Part shown: in pieces, positions 25,837 through 39,617 of the stretch | How the letters are laid out: the number at the start of each line of letters is the position of its first letter | How positions within the stretch are numbered: the first letter of the stretch is position 1 | From: Camelus dromedarius | Lineage: Eukaryota | Reading direction: 5' to 3' | DNA: 64,000 nucleotides | Assembly: GCF_036321535.1 (NCBI RefSeq) | Contig: NC_087436.1 | Coordinates: 89,220,001 to 89,284,000 of the forward strand | Notes under the pieces: model-generated | What the model saw: the letters and a program-made list of their open reading frames with translations, nothing else | The model's database searches: none | What the model was told of the DNA's origin: nothing | Translations under genes and position numbers: made by a program

Positions 25837-28800
25837 GGGCCAGAGGTGCAGATTAATTTCCAGTTTTTCTAGAAAAATATGATGTTTAAGCATTATTTGT
25901 ATATTTAAAAAAGATAATTGTGTGTATATATCCAGAAGCTAAAAGGATATCATTTCTCTTTTCTCAATCTTTTAAAATTGCTCATAAGAAAAAAAAAAAA
26001 AGTAAAAAAACAACAAAAATAAAATAACACACCAGTTGTCTGGGTACCATCCTTAGGTCTGAAACCAGGCCAAACTTGGCATCTCATACACAGTCTATAC
26101 AAAATTTGGAAGCATTCATTAACACTTTACCCTGACTTGGCCAGACTCTTATTATGGCTAATAACATATCTTTCTGGAAAAAAAATATAATCTTGGGCTA
26201 GAGACTGTATCAATAAATTAATTTACTAGATAATTTATAATTATGCTTTGACTTTTAGGCATCAAGGAAATATCTGTTATTTATTGATTTAGAAGTATCC
26301 AATATCCAGGAAAATTAAACCTTTCCCTTAATTGATTGATTGGATTTTTGTTTTGTTCCTTGGATGATTTACTTTTTATAAGCTTTGTTTTTTATTGTCC
26401 CCGTTACTGCTGAGATTAGAAAAGAAATAAGATTCTGTGCACATAGGGAACCTGTACTATGAACATTGTTGACAAGTCATTCAGGATCAGCTGATCAAAT
26501 AAATGAATTTGGATTAATTCTAGGAGGTTATTTGGGGGGCCCTCAGATTGAGAGGTCACAAGTTTAAAAGTGAAAAAATCATGTGTATTTTTTGTCTAAG
26601 ATTTATGTACAAATTAGACTCCAGTGATAAAGAAGTATGCAATGATCTTAGATCAGGGGAGCTGCCATGCTAATATCTCATTCACAGATGTTTACAAAGT
26701 GGACATTAGAAACCTCTCTATTTCCATGAGATTCCTAAAAATTAAAAATACTTTTGATTGTCAGAGTATTGAAAGTTTGATATTCAGTATACAAACTGGT
26801 TTTTTTGGACATACTACACTTAGTTTTGGGTGATTTAATTCAGGATTATGAACTAAAGGAATAAGCTGAAGAAAAAGAACCACTCAAATGTATGACTAGA
26901 ATCTTTTGGAGTGATTGATTGCAGACAAATTCTATGCGACAGCTAATGTCCCTAAATGAAATGAACTTTGCTAGGGTTAATAAATAATATGTGAGGTCCT
27001 AACAATCTCTAATAAAATACTAGTCAATAGTTTAACAACCTACTAAACTAGAAAGAGAACAGATGATACAGACATAATAAATTGTCTGTAGTCTTTCAGA
27101 CAGATACTAGCTGATAGCCAGGTAACGAAGCTTCCATAGACAATGGAGTGAACCCCTAATACAAAACCAGATACTATTCTGGTAAAGGTCACGGGCTTTG
27201 CAGTTGAGTGTCCTTGAGAGAGTTATCTAACCTCCCTGCACTCTAGTTTCCTCATTTGTTATAAGAGGAAGTATAATTTGCCTCCTGGAACTGATGAAAG
27301 TATTAAATGAAATTATAATTGTGCTTTGAAATTAATATCACTTGATAAATAGTAGCTTTTATTATTGTAATAGTTACTAGCTCCCATCCAAAACTACACA
27401 GCACTTAGTAAGATATTTAGAAAGTAATCATAAAACTCAAGTGAAGAGAAATCTCAGAAAGATAAATACATTTAACTGTAAACCTACAAATGCTAAGTTG
27501 ATTCAGGGAGAATTTAAAAGCATCCAAATAACTGTTTGGAGGATTGCCATCTCTAGAAGAGGAAGAGTATGAAAGATATTTTGAGGCAAATGATTATTTT
27601 CATAGGGTATTTCTTGTTATTTTATCTTGTGATGTGAATACCTTATGATATTATTATTTTTAACACTAACGTTATTTTATCAGAAATATTTTTCTCCATT
27701 TAAATATATAACATCTTAATGTGTTCAATTTTAACATGACTCTTATTACATCCAAAGAACAACATTTCCCACCAAGTGAGTCAATGAGAAAACGGAGTAT
27801 GCACAGTACAAATTCACTTGGAGCAGATTTTGCTGGAATACACCTCTTCTGCTAGGTGAGCAGCGTCTGTGACTACAAAAATACAAAAGTACATTCCCTT
27901 GATGTATCAGGGAATCTCTTTCTCTGCATCAGAAGTTTTAGGCAGAAAAAAGCCTGTGACTTATACCCGTGCTACTGCGCTATTGTTGTGTGCCTCTGTG
28001 AAAGGGGCACTGAAATGTGTGTTAGCCGTTCTTTGTCAGCACCTGAACTCTTAAGAAACAAAACAAAATAAAATGAAAGCTTCTACCTTCTACTGCATGG
28101 GTAAGAGTAAAGTGTCTACTCAGAGCATCAGAGATGTTCGTGTCCGTCTTAGGATTTCAATTCATTTTCTGAATGGAGAAGAGCTGATTTAACTATGAGG
28201 GGCATGTCTCCTATTTGCTGGGTGATGGGTGAAGAGGGGCCCTAGAAACAAGATGTTTCACTCTTTTTTTCACAAATGGCACCAGCCTCCTCTTCTTTTT
28301 GTTTAATGATCTTGAAAATTTTTGTTATGAAAGCACTTGGCACAGTACCTTGTATGAAAAGGCAGCTCAGCAGTATCCAGAGAGTGAAGTGTTAAACGAA
28401 TGCATAGGCTAATTGATTAGCAAATGGATAAATCATATCTCTTATTTCCATGGAAGAATCCCAGGATGGAAACAAACCAGCTAATAGTAATGATAATACT
28501 TACTTGTTGAATTTTTACTTATGTGCTAGGCTCTATACTGTTTCACATGCATTTTTACTTTGAATTCTTAGGAGAACCCTAGGAAGTAGCTACTATTTTT
28601 AATTCCTACATTTCAAAGGAGAAAGCTGGGAATATTACCAAAGACATCTAGCTGATCGTCTAGCTTGTGGCAAAGCCAGGTTAAACCTTGCTCTGTCTTA
28701 CTGCTGGGTGTGTGCTTGTAACCACTACCTAACGCTGCCTCCTAGCTCTGGAGAGCAGACATGTAGCAATGAGCAGGGGCATGGTCACCTCCGAGGCCTG

Positions 28801-30659
28801 GGTAATTTAACTAGAGTTGCCTCTGACTTCATCTGGCATACTGGTAGACTTAGCCTGGTATTCTAGTTCTAGAAAAAGTCACATTGCTGGCTTTGTTACC
28901 TGTGATTTTGTCCCTAAAGCCCTACTAGAACAAGGGGGATCTTCTGGAGTGGAAGAAAAATGCAAGATATACAACGGGGAGGGGACACGGTTTGCTAAAT
29001 TCCAGATGCTCGTCAGTGGCTCTGGCTTATAGAGGATGAAGATCCCCTTAAATTTCAAACTGTAACTTGAATTCATCATCTTATCTTAATGGATGGATCC
29101 TGAAGTCTTAGTGGGTACACTATGACCCTGAGTCTAGGTGTGTTTGATCTCAATGCCAATTCTTCCCTTACTAGAGCTGGGGAGGAAGACAGCCAGGAAA
29201 CAGTGTCAGTGCACAGACTGGTGAGCATTCAGGTGGCTCTTTCCAAATTCATTCTTGTAGCTGCTGAAGGTCAGAAGGGAACGATTTTTCCAAAATCATT
29301 TCAGACCCTGGGGTATTCTAGAAATGGCCCTATTAGCACCACACCTATTTGACTGAGTATTAGTTGTCTGTTTTCTTTAGGGCATACATATAGGAGAACT
29401 TTTTTGCTATTGTTTCCTTTGGACTCTTCTCAGACACTGAATATAAGTAAAACATCCATTTTTTTTTTAAAAAAGTAAGTGACTTAAGCGTATGGCCCGT
29501 CATTCTCCAAGTCACAAAGTAGTAATTTTTTACATTTTTTGACAATAAAGATGGAGATAAAAATGGAACATGAAAGTGGAACCTGGAACAAAGCAACTCA
29601 TTATACTACATTTTCTCTAGATTAAACCGTAAATTCTACATTCAACCAAGGTCCCTAATTTTCTTAAGCTTCTTAGCAGAAACCAAATCTATTAGCATCT
29701 CATTTGGCATGTGTATTTCTAGATAAAAGACACAAAGGAAGCTGATCTTCAAAGACTCATTATCTTTTTCTAAAAATGGCATCCCTCATTGCCCTTTTTA
29801 TATGGGGTGAATAAAATGACTATATTTTCAGCACATACGGTTTCCTTAGTACAGAATTATACTGTGACACAAAAGACGAAAGTACATAATACTTGAAAAT
29901 AATGAGCAATAACAGAGTTTCCTGCACCAAGATAATGGCTCCATTCTTCTGTGGCTCCACTAATCCAATGACTCAAAAAACTCAGAGCCTAGAAAAGAAT
30001 GAAACGGCTCTTCATTGTCCAGGTTGAACAAGCCTAGAGAGATTCTAAATTCTAAAGGGCTAGGGGCAGATATCATCAAAGGTAATCCAAATGATTCTAT
30101 ACGGGCCATGAAAGGGCCTTCCATTTAATCTCGAAAGCAGCAGCACCTTCCAAGGAAGTGGAACAACACTTTAAAGAGATAGGCTCTTAACCCACAGAGC
30201 AGTCCCCAAGAATAGAGGAGTGCTTACTCTATGACAGGCCTGCTGCTATGCACTTTAAATGCATTTCTCATCTAAGTATCTCAGCAATTATGTCCCATTG
30301 GTACCACTATGATTCTGTTAAAGAAACTGTGGCATAGACAGGCTTATTACATGTCCAAGATCATATAGCTGACATGTTGGAGAACTACACGATTATATCC
30401 AAGGACTGTGTGCCTCCAACTCCCATGCTTTTAATTTCTGTGAATAATGTTTCCCTTAGCTCTGTAGCAATGTGGAGTTACAATGCACCTAATAATCCAC
30501 TTAATCAACCTCACACTCACGGCTGGAATCCCATTTGCAGCATCTTTGATGTATATTTGTACTCATCCAAGCTCTGTCTAAACATTTTTAGCAGTGGAGA
30601 GGCTGGTGTGAGAGAAGGGTAAGAGAAAAATAAATCAAACAAACCAAAAATGCTGTTCT

Positions 30660-30835
30660 TCTCATTTCACACACATTAATTCTTATAAAAATCTGAAAGA
30701 TATATCACTACGGACACTTTACAAATGAGGAAGTTGAGGTTCTGAGAGGTTGGGGAACTAGTCCTAAGGCATGCAGCCAGTAAATGGTGGGGCTTGTTCT
30801 GATTCTAAAGCTCAAATTCTTTTCTTTCCACCAGC
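30660..30835 (-). mobile_element. MIR
   Basis: cactttacaaatgaggaagttgaggttctgagagg MIR core. Confidence 0.7.
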
Positions 30836-31409
30836 CTACCTACCTCTGGAGAGACCCTAGTAGTAAGGCATTAATTCCATTCTTGAATATAAGTTAAATG
30901 TTTATACTGAGTTTTTTTTCATATGAGACTCACAAAGGTAGGCAAAGAAATGGATATGTTCCTTGAAAGTTTCACATGTTGGTCACTGATCTTCTGTTGG
31001 AAGCAACACAGAGTAAGTCTAAGCTTTCTTTGAAATAACAGATTTTCAAATACTTCTGGAGAGTTATCCTGTTTCTCCACTATCTAGGCTTATTTTCAGT
31101 CTAGGTAAAATGAGTTCCTTCCCTAATTCCTTCTATTTTCTTCAAATATTTTTTAAAACCCATAGTTTCTATATTTTTACATTTTTAAACACAAGCAACT
31201 ACATTGGCATCTCATCTGTGGCTTTAAAGATAAAAAGCTCTAAGAGTGATAATCTTCAGAGCTTCATTACCTGCACAGGGACAGAGGTCCAAGGCCTGTG
31301 GCATCCCAGTTGTAGTCCTTTGGGTTCTCAAGATGAGTTATCCAGGACTGAGAAAAATAGTCTAGATGGGACCTGACCTTGTGCTGAACCCTGTATTTCT
31401 ATTAGAATA

Positions 31410-31585
31410 GCAGCTAAGCGTTTAGCCTGTGAAGTTAGATTGCTTGGTTTCAAATTCTGGCTTAGTCACTTTCTAGCTATATGATCTTTAATAAGTTACT
31501 TATCTTGCTGGTGCCTCAGTTTCTTCATTTAAAAGGGAAAAAATGGGACCACCTATCTTAAGAACTTATTGTGAAGATTAAATAC
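31410..31585 (+). mobile_element. MIR
   Basis: ggtttcaaattctggct...aagttacttatc...gtgcctcagtttcttcattt...ttgtgaagattaaa. Confidence 0.75.
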
Positions 31586-31589
31586 TACC

Positions 31590-32490
31590 ACCACATTGAT
31601 CCATCTATCTGGGTTTGTACCCATAGACTCTGCCTTCTCTCCTGTTCCAGTGAGTGAAGCTCATGTTCTGATCTAAGGCTAAGCCTCCAGTTTTACAGTA
31701 AATGTTGCACCTTCTTGCCTGTTCAAGGACATATTGCCTGATTGTCTCTTTACTCTCTCCTGAAGCATCAAATTTCCCTTCTCAAATGTATCTTTCTCAA
31801 CAGCATACGGATGCGTCCATTGTTTACAATTCCATTTTTCCACTTCTCTCCTGAATCTATTCCAATTAGACGGTTTCTTCCATCATGACACCCAATTTGG
31901 TCTTGGTAAAGTCACCAATAAACCTCAAGTTATTCAACTGATCAGCAATACTTGACACGATTGATTACTCTCACCTTCTTGGTACATTCTCTTCACCTGG
32001 CTTCGAGGAAACCACAGTCTCCTGGTTTTCCTCCTGCTTTCACTGGCTGCTTCTCTTTAGATTCCTTTGCTATTTTCCCCTCTTCTTCCTTGTGCTAGCT
32101 GCTGGGGGCCTTCTCCATTCTCCTGATGTTGGGTTTCATCTCTGTCCCATCTATGCTCGTGCCCTTGGTGAGATCATCCAGACACATGACTCTAAAGACT
32201 GTTTACATACTAATGATTCTGAATCCAGGTCTCCCTCCTGGATCTCAAGTTTTGCACCTAACTGCCAATCAGCCTCTTCACTTGCATGTCCACTGGAACT
32301 TCAGCTACAACTTCCTCCAAACAGAGCTTAGTTTCTCCCCAGCAGTATTTTGTCTACAGCCCCTCCAACTCTGTTATTTTAGCTTCCCAGGTCAAAATCC
32401 ACATAAAATCATTATTACTCTATTTTTTTCATAACTTAGATCCAAACTATGAGCAAATCTATCAGTGCACTACTTTCTACTCCTATGAGT
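31590..32490 (+). mobile_element. LINE-2 fragment
   Basis: C/T-rich L2 body (ttctcttcacctggcttcgaggaaaccacagtctcctggttttcctcct); homologous to part of 4960-6082. Confidence 0.75.
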
Positions 32491-33294
32491 AACTAAATGC
32501 CTCTGTATGATTTGTTAATTGTCTCCGCTTCAATAATTTCTAAATCATGTTTGTTTTTACCATTCCAGATGGAATATGAGTCTCCTTACCTGATTGGATA
32601 GGAGTAATATAGAAGTCGAATAGCTCTTCTATCTGACTGTGGTCTGTTAATATTACATCATCAGAACTGAACAATGGGTATAATAAATACAAATAAGTTT
32701 GGACTCTTGGAAGTAATTCCATTGATGAGATACAATATCATTTCATTTGTGTGCTTCTTTAGCTAAAAGTCCTTTTAAACTCTCATTTGGAATATACATG
32801 TATAGTTATTTAATGAAATAAAGGAAAAAATTAGTTATGTGTATGTGTTACACCCAGCTTTCACCAACAATATTGTTCACAAGTTTATCTCCCACTCTTA
32901 TTTTTTCCAATAATCACCTTGAAGGTAATGATTTGCTACTACTTTGAATGTAGCCAAGGATTCAATTAAATTCCTAAAGAGAAGTTGTAAAACTACTTTG
33001 AAGGCAGCAGTCTTGATGGGCTAAGCATATAGTTTTCTGAAGGAACTACTCTAAAGAAAAAGCACTCATGCACAATTTTATAGGTTGGTAAAAAGAGAAG
33101 AAATATCACCCTTAGCACTGTATACATTTCTCATATCTCAACATGCTTTACACTCTTTGGAGGAAGCCCTCTACACATGAGCTACAACAGAATCTTAAGC
33201 ATTAGATTTAACCATCTTCATGTAAGGGTTTCATTTTTGGATAATTTCTATTTTCATGTGAGGAATAAACTTTCTCCTTAAAATTAAAAAAAGA

Positions 33295-33350
33295 GTTTTT
33301 ATTGAAGCATAGTCAGTTGCAATGTGTCAATTTCTGGTGTACAGCATAAA
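33295..33350 (-). mobile_element. Very short L1 3' tail
   Basis: tttttattgaagcatagtcagttgcaatgtgtcaatttctggtgtacagcata is the reverse complement of the last ~55 nt of the young L1 family seen at 25360-25415. Confidence 0.8.
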
Positions 33351-36300
33351 GCAAAGCTGACTTCACAAAAACCATAGTCAGGGAGACAGTTAAAAGCAAG
33401 AGGTTTATCAGTAAATAAGTAAAATAGTAAGTGGACCATTTGCTTAGTATGTGCTTGCTGTGGGGAAAGGAGTATAAGAAATAGACTCTATTTTCAAAAA
33501 GATTATACAGTTTTGGGGAAGATGGGAGTAATACGTGAAGCAATAGCTAATTGGAGAAGACGTTTCATAATTGCTATAATAAAAAAGGCTCCAAGTTCTG
33601 TGCACCTGTGGAGGGTTAAAGCAGTTACAGAAGATTTTAAGAAGGAGTGACCTCTAAATTGGATCTTGGAATATGAGAAATAGACAGTTAAAAAGAAAGG
33701 AAAGACTTTTCATTGTTGAATTAAAAAGAAGGAGAACAACTGACCAGGGGCTAGGAAATAAGAATCAGTCTAGTGATTCAGGAACATGAAAGGAAGCCCG
33801 CACTTGTGGTGTAAGGCTTTGTGGTTAGGCAGAATCTTAAATGAGGCTGCTTGGAGTCGATCTAATTGTGACATGTCATGAATGTCTGGAGAGAAGCTTG
33901 GTCTAGTGGGTAATTGGGAGTCAACAGATTCCTGAGCAGAAAAGTAGTGTCAAAAATGATGCTTCATTTTAAAAAATCTGCTAGTGGGCTGCAGGATAGA
34001 ATTGAAAGGGAAGAGAGCAGAACTAAGAGACCAGGTAAAAAATTCCAAAATAACAAAGCATGAGTGAAGTCTTTTGAATATTCTCTTGGCCTAAGGCATT
34101 CCTGAGCAAATGCAATAAATATAATTTAAAAAATAACTTTCACAATTTGAGTTTATTTATTTTTTAAATGTATAAATGGCCTGTAGACAGAATGTCACAG
34201 TTGGAGGCATTTAATTAATAATTCTAATTGTGATCTCAGAGTTTTCATCTCTGTTTTGGAGCCATTAAGCTTTTCTTTTCAAGTCTCAAATATTTTCCTA
34301 AAACACTGAAAAGCTGGCAGACCGTGGGACCTATGCCTGTCATGACTGAGAATATAATATTCTGGAACCTGAAGAATTGCAGTTCCCCTTTTCTGATATT
34401 TTTCCACTTTTTAACTGAGAAAGTAGAAATGTGTAACAACATATATATGTTCATGGCACCTTTTGTGGCACTTATTAATCTTTAAGATTCCACTTTAATT
34501 ACTGAAGTGTAATTACCTAGATTTTCAAAGCAATCCATTGTTTAGATTCTAGAAGCAATATACTTCTCCATCTTCAGTAATCCTTTGATGTTTAAGAAGA
34601 TTAAAGAACTCTGCTTTAAATAATTTTATCCAAGTTTGAAAAAAAATAGGAGTAAGAATGTGAGGATTTAATTAAAATAACAATTCTATTTACATTATTT
34701 GCTGTTGTTGTTGTCACTGAGTGTGTCTACCATACCTTGCAATTAGGAGACAACAGATCAGACAATACTATCAGCTCCAGCTCTCTGTGGTTTCGTTACA
34801 GATTGGTTTTACCCCATCCACCCCTGTCCTGTTTTGGTTCCATCCCTGTCTTTATACATGAAGAGAAAATGTTTAGAAAAGATAAAACTAAAATTTTCCT
34901 GGAAGATATAGAAAAGAAAATGCTAGCTTTTTGCACAAAGAGCTGCTCCTTGAGTATAACCTTCTATGTCCTGGAAAGAACAAAGCGTGCTGTGCTTGGA
35001 TAAACGGTACTCACTGTATCAAAACGGGGAGGGAAGGATGGGTTATGTAGCAAAATATTTCTTCCCCCCAAAATGTCTTTTGTGAGTTGAGACACTCAGA
35101 AGGATGAGGCGTTAATTCTACTAAATATGATACTCATTGCTCTATTACTTCTTTTAGATGTAATAAAGCAATATTAGTTTTACTGATAATGTATACTATT
35201 AATGCCAGTGAGAATATTTGTGTTGATATCAAAATAAGTTAGTGTTTTTCTAGAAGATCTAGCCTTGGGAAATGTCTTCTATTGTGTTTTAATGGCACAT
35301 ATCCTCTCAGAAATCCTCTGTGACATTTCTGTTCTAAAGGAGACTACTGCTTCCATAGTGGTGGTGGATCTGCATCGATATAAACGATGTTGCTCCACCG
35401 ATTGTTCCGCATATGGAAAGTCCCAATGTCGTAACACTACTGAAAAACGGAGAAATGACAGATTTGGCCTAGTATTATCTCCGATAGGGAAACCAAGATG
35501 GAATTTTAGGTTTGAGAAACACACTCTTCTTCCCTTTGGTGTAATACAAAATAAGAAGTTGAATTGCCATAGAGCCAGTTGGTGGCTTCTTGAGGTGTCC
35601 ATTCCACAAATTGAGACACATAGCACTGACAGGGAGGCTAGATTTAACTTGATGCCTCCAAAGGTTAGTAAAGAAAGCTGAGGCCTTTATTTGAAGATGA
35701 TCGTTATTATGTCAATGGCATATGCTTAATATCTACACATACATATATCACATGTTTTGTACAAGGTTAAGTCGGTGCTCATCTGGCCCTTACTATGTGT
35801 CAGAGAATGTTGTAAGCCTTTTATTGATATTAACTTATTTAACCTTAAATACCCCATAAGATAGGCAATATTGTTATCTCAATTCTATAAATGTGGAATT
35901 ATCATTGTAGATGGAACATGGATAAGCATTTTTAAATTTTAATGCAATTCCTAGCTTAGATGTATGTTAATATCTATTAAAATAGTTTTCTACATACAGA
36001 GGATATAAAGTCTCCTTTAAATATATATGTATATATAAAAATATACATACATATACATATAGAAGTAAAAAATGATTCAATATTTTCAGATGATACACTT
36101 TTGTGGCAGAAATCATGGAAGTGGTACTAAAATACTAAAGTTGGAAATGATGATTTAATGGAATAAATTGAGGTCCTGGAGAAGATTACTTAAAAAAATC
36201 CACAAATGGTTGTCAAAATCTAATCTGTCTTCTTGGAAGTGGTGTCATTTATAATATTATAACTAGGATCTAAAATTCATAACATATTTCTGAGATACTT

Positions 36301-36368
36301 AGTTTTCCTTTCCCATTTTTGTCTCCTTTTACTTCCTCCCTCCATTCTTCCCTTTCTTCCCTCCTCTT

Positions 36369-36490
36369 CCTTTCTTTTTTTTTTTCCAAGGGGGTGGTAA
36401 TTAGGTTGATTTATTTATTTTTTCAATCTAGGTACTGGGGATTGAACCCAGGACCTCATGCATGCTATCTACTGAGCTATGCCCTCCCCC
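36369..36490 (-). mobile_element. tRNA-derived SINE, Vic-1-like, long form with internal deletion
   Basis: ggtactggggattgaacccaggacctc...actgagctatgccctccccc; 14-bp TSD tcttccctcctctt at 36355-36368 and 36491-36504. Confidence 0.88.
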
Positions 36491-38539
36491 TCTTCCCTCC
36501 TCTTTCTCTTTCTCTTTCTCTCATGCTTTTTTTTTTTTTTTTTTTGCTCCCGAGCATTCACATTAGGTATTATTCCACAAGGACTCAAACAAAGTTAAGA
36601 ATTTGAGAAGACGTGGTTCTTTGTTATATAATTTATGGTCACTGTTTGTCCTTAATCTTCTACATTAATTTGATTATGGAGATTTAATCATCACAGTCCA
36701 TCCACAGGTCACATAACCACACAAGAGCTACAATAACCACATAGCTATTTAAATCACTCATTTGGGAGCTGCTAACAAATATTATCGAATCATATATATA
36801 TGTATATATGTATATATACATATAGGTGAATAAAGAGCATTAAAAACAAAAACTTTGAGAGGCAAAAATAGCAGTCTGCTCACCGGAGGACATTTTAAAT
36901 AGCTTTCTCTGCACTCCACTGATGAGTCTCTGAAATACAAGTCAACCACAGTGTGAGGAGAGTAACCATACTGTGCTCTTTGGTGGGAAATATGAAGCGT
37001 CTCCAGGCATTCTTTCAAATAAAGTGAGCTACCTATTCTTTATGCATGCTCTGCTTTTTCTCTCTTCCATTTGAAGTACCAAGTTTCTTTCTCTTAGGAT
37101 GCATTTGTCAATATCAGCCAGTCGTCCTCTGCAAACCGCGCATCAGCCCGCATGTATATTCTATGCAGTGGACTCAACAATGTCTCCGCCCAGCCTGTCT
37201 CACAGTAAGCCTGTGCGATCTGCAGGACTCTTGAATGTAATCATGACTGTCTCTATACACAGAATGTCTGTAAGAAAGAAATCTTTTTTCAGGATGTACA
37301 ATCAATATAGAAAGCTACTATGAAATATTTAGGACCCCCAAATTGCTTTAAAAATCAATAGTGGTGGGTTTTTGGTTTGTTTGTTTCCTTCTTTCTTTCT
37401 TTTTTTTGATCTGTATTATCAAGATAATTGCCTCTACTTTTTACTTGGCTTTATCAAGAAGAACAAGGCAAGATGAGCTGAGCCTCCAAGGAAAAGTGGG
37501 AAACTCTGTTTTTCTTTTATATTCAATAAATGTAGCCATTGATTTTATTCTCATGCACAACCCACAGCCAGGCAATGTCAAGAATATCAAAAAATCGATT
37601 AGGAGTAGAGCTAGGTAAGCAAACACAGTGAGGGAGTTCTCCAAATCCCCATCAAGACACAGGTTTCTGGTTAATATTTGATTCATTTCTGAAACCTGAT
37701 GCTTAGAAGCTTCTCTTTGGAACTTGAAGTCATTAGTATGTGCTTGAGGACCTGACACAGTTGTGTACATTTCATAAAGCTAACACATTCGCACTTGGCA
37801 GAGCTATTCCCATTTATGCTATGTGCCTGCTCTGATTATTTTCATTTTTACAGTGGTAAGCCACAGAAGCATCTTACATGGGCAACTGTCTTCCTAGAAA
37901 TGATCTTCAGGGAAAAGTACTTAACACAGGACAGTAATAAGCTGCTCTGTACAGGGGCTGCGAGTATAGACAGAAATGAAAAGACTTGGGTTAAAACTCT
38001 GCTTTCAACACTTATGGGGGCTTTGCAAAATCACTTTAGAAGGTAAAGAGTAGCAGTTACACTATACTACCTTCTAGCAAAGGTGGAAGTATGACTATAT
38101 ATACGTGTCTGTTACAGTGAAAAAACAATCACAAAACAAATGAAAATCCTATAGGGGAAGAAAAGAGTGGGAGAGGGTTGGGACAGCAATGGAAATAAGA
38201 CTTCTTCTGTGTCATAGTTTGACTTTAGCCATGTAAATGCTTAATATAATTGTGAAATAAAATTAAATAAAAATTAAAAATTCCAAACCAAAAGCAAAAT
38301 GAAATGGAGCTTAACCATACAGTAAGCAACTATTCCTAAGCTGAAACTTAAAATGTGACTTAAAAAATAGTAACTTTAGTCTTTGTTCCTTATGGGATAT
38401 ACCCTAAGGACAAAAAACACTGCAAGGAAATCTCAAACCAGTTTTTGGTAATCATATTGTTAGTAACAATAATGTTGGTATTTTAATTTAAAAACTATTT
38501 TTATACACACACACACACAAACAACCATATATACACATG

Positions 38540-38543
<4 letters not shown>

Positions 38544-38599
<56 letters not shown>
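38544..38599. repeat. (TA)28 microsatellite
   Basis: Uninterrupted TA dinucleotide run. Confidence 0.97.
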
Positions 38600-38600
<1 letters not shown>

Positions 38601-39242
38601 CAGGGCAAAGTAAATAAATAATCATGTTAATACATTAAGAATCAATGTTTTCAATGAAGAGGAAGGAAACAAAATACAAAATCAAAGAAATTGAATAAAA
38701 GCCCTGTAATTCTAAATTTGAATTAGAAATATTGGTATGAACTCAGGATATATTTTATTCTTCTGGGACAAAAAAATGTACAAGTTGATGCACCAGAAGA
38801 CAAGGAGGTGATCAGCAACTCCTGAGGTCAGGTTGAAAGAACTCAGATGCCAACTTACAGGGGCTGCCACTGGGCAAAGATAGGACAAGAGAGGGTCAAG
38901 AATAACCATAGCTGCTGTGGACTGACTCAGACACACCTGCTGTCACCCGTGACCTCATAGTGATAAACACAAAAAAACCAAAACGCCGAACCTCAGTGCT
39001 CACATCTAGGGGGCTCTAGGGAAACAACTTGTTTAGCGAACTGCTACATAAAGGGAAACAGTCAAGCATTTATCTTGCCTGTCAGCACCAACTTGACCTC
39101 AGGATGACCAAACAGTTGGTGAGGGAAAGTTCTTTAGAGAATAATCCAGTTAATAAAAAAGGAAGGGATGGTAGAGTATTCTCATTTTGTAAACTCTAAA
39201 TAGGTTTAAGCAGAGATTATATGTGGCTGCTAAAATTGTTAC

Positions 39243-39617
39243 TGTCAGGGGCTGAATTGTGTCCCCCTAATTTCATATGTTGATGTCCTGACGTTCAGCA
39301 CCTCAGAATGTGACTCTGTTTAGAGACAGGGCCCTCACGGAGGTAATCAGATTAAAGCGAGGTCATTAGGGTGAGCCCTAATCCAACAGGATTGATGTCC
39401 TTATAAGAAGGGGACACAGAGAGACCCAAGAAGGGAGGTGACACAGGGAGAAATCGGTCACCTGTATGCTAAGGAGAGAGGCCTGGAACAGACCCTTCCC
39501 TCACAGCCCTTGAGAGGAACCAACCTTGCTGACTTCAAAACTGTGAATACATTTTTGAATACATTTCTGTGGCTCAGGTCACTCGTTTCGCTATAGCAGT
39601 CCTAGCAAACAAGTACT
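39243..39617 (+). mobile_element. MaLR solo LTR, MLT1A-like
   Basis: tgtcaggggctgaattgtgtcccc...gaggtcattagggtgagccctaatccaa...ctatagcagtcctagcaaac; perfect 5-bp TSD gttac at 39238-39242 and 39618-39622. Confidence 0.9.

Larger units (their letters stand above)
24240..26000 (+). mobile_element. Ancient L1 ORF1-like / HAL1-like fragment with a nested MIR (about 24325-24625) and a young L1
   Basis: Very A-rich degenerate ORF1-like sequence (gttgaggaaatgtctcagaa; agaattctatacccaaag); boundaries approximate. Confidence 0.55.

Noticed and set aside
35265..35681. Overlapping 138-aa (+) and 115-aa (-) ORFs with some CpGs
   Set aside because: No recognisable domain, non-ATG starts, and no poly(A) or TSD to suggest a retrogene; a BLASTX search would be needed to exclude it fully.
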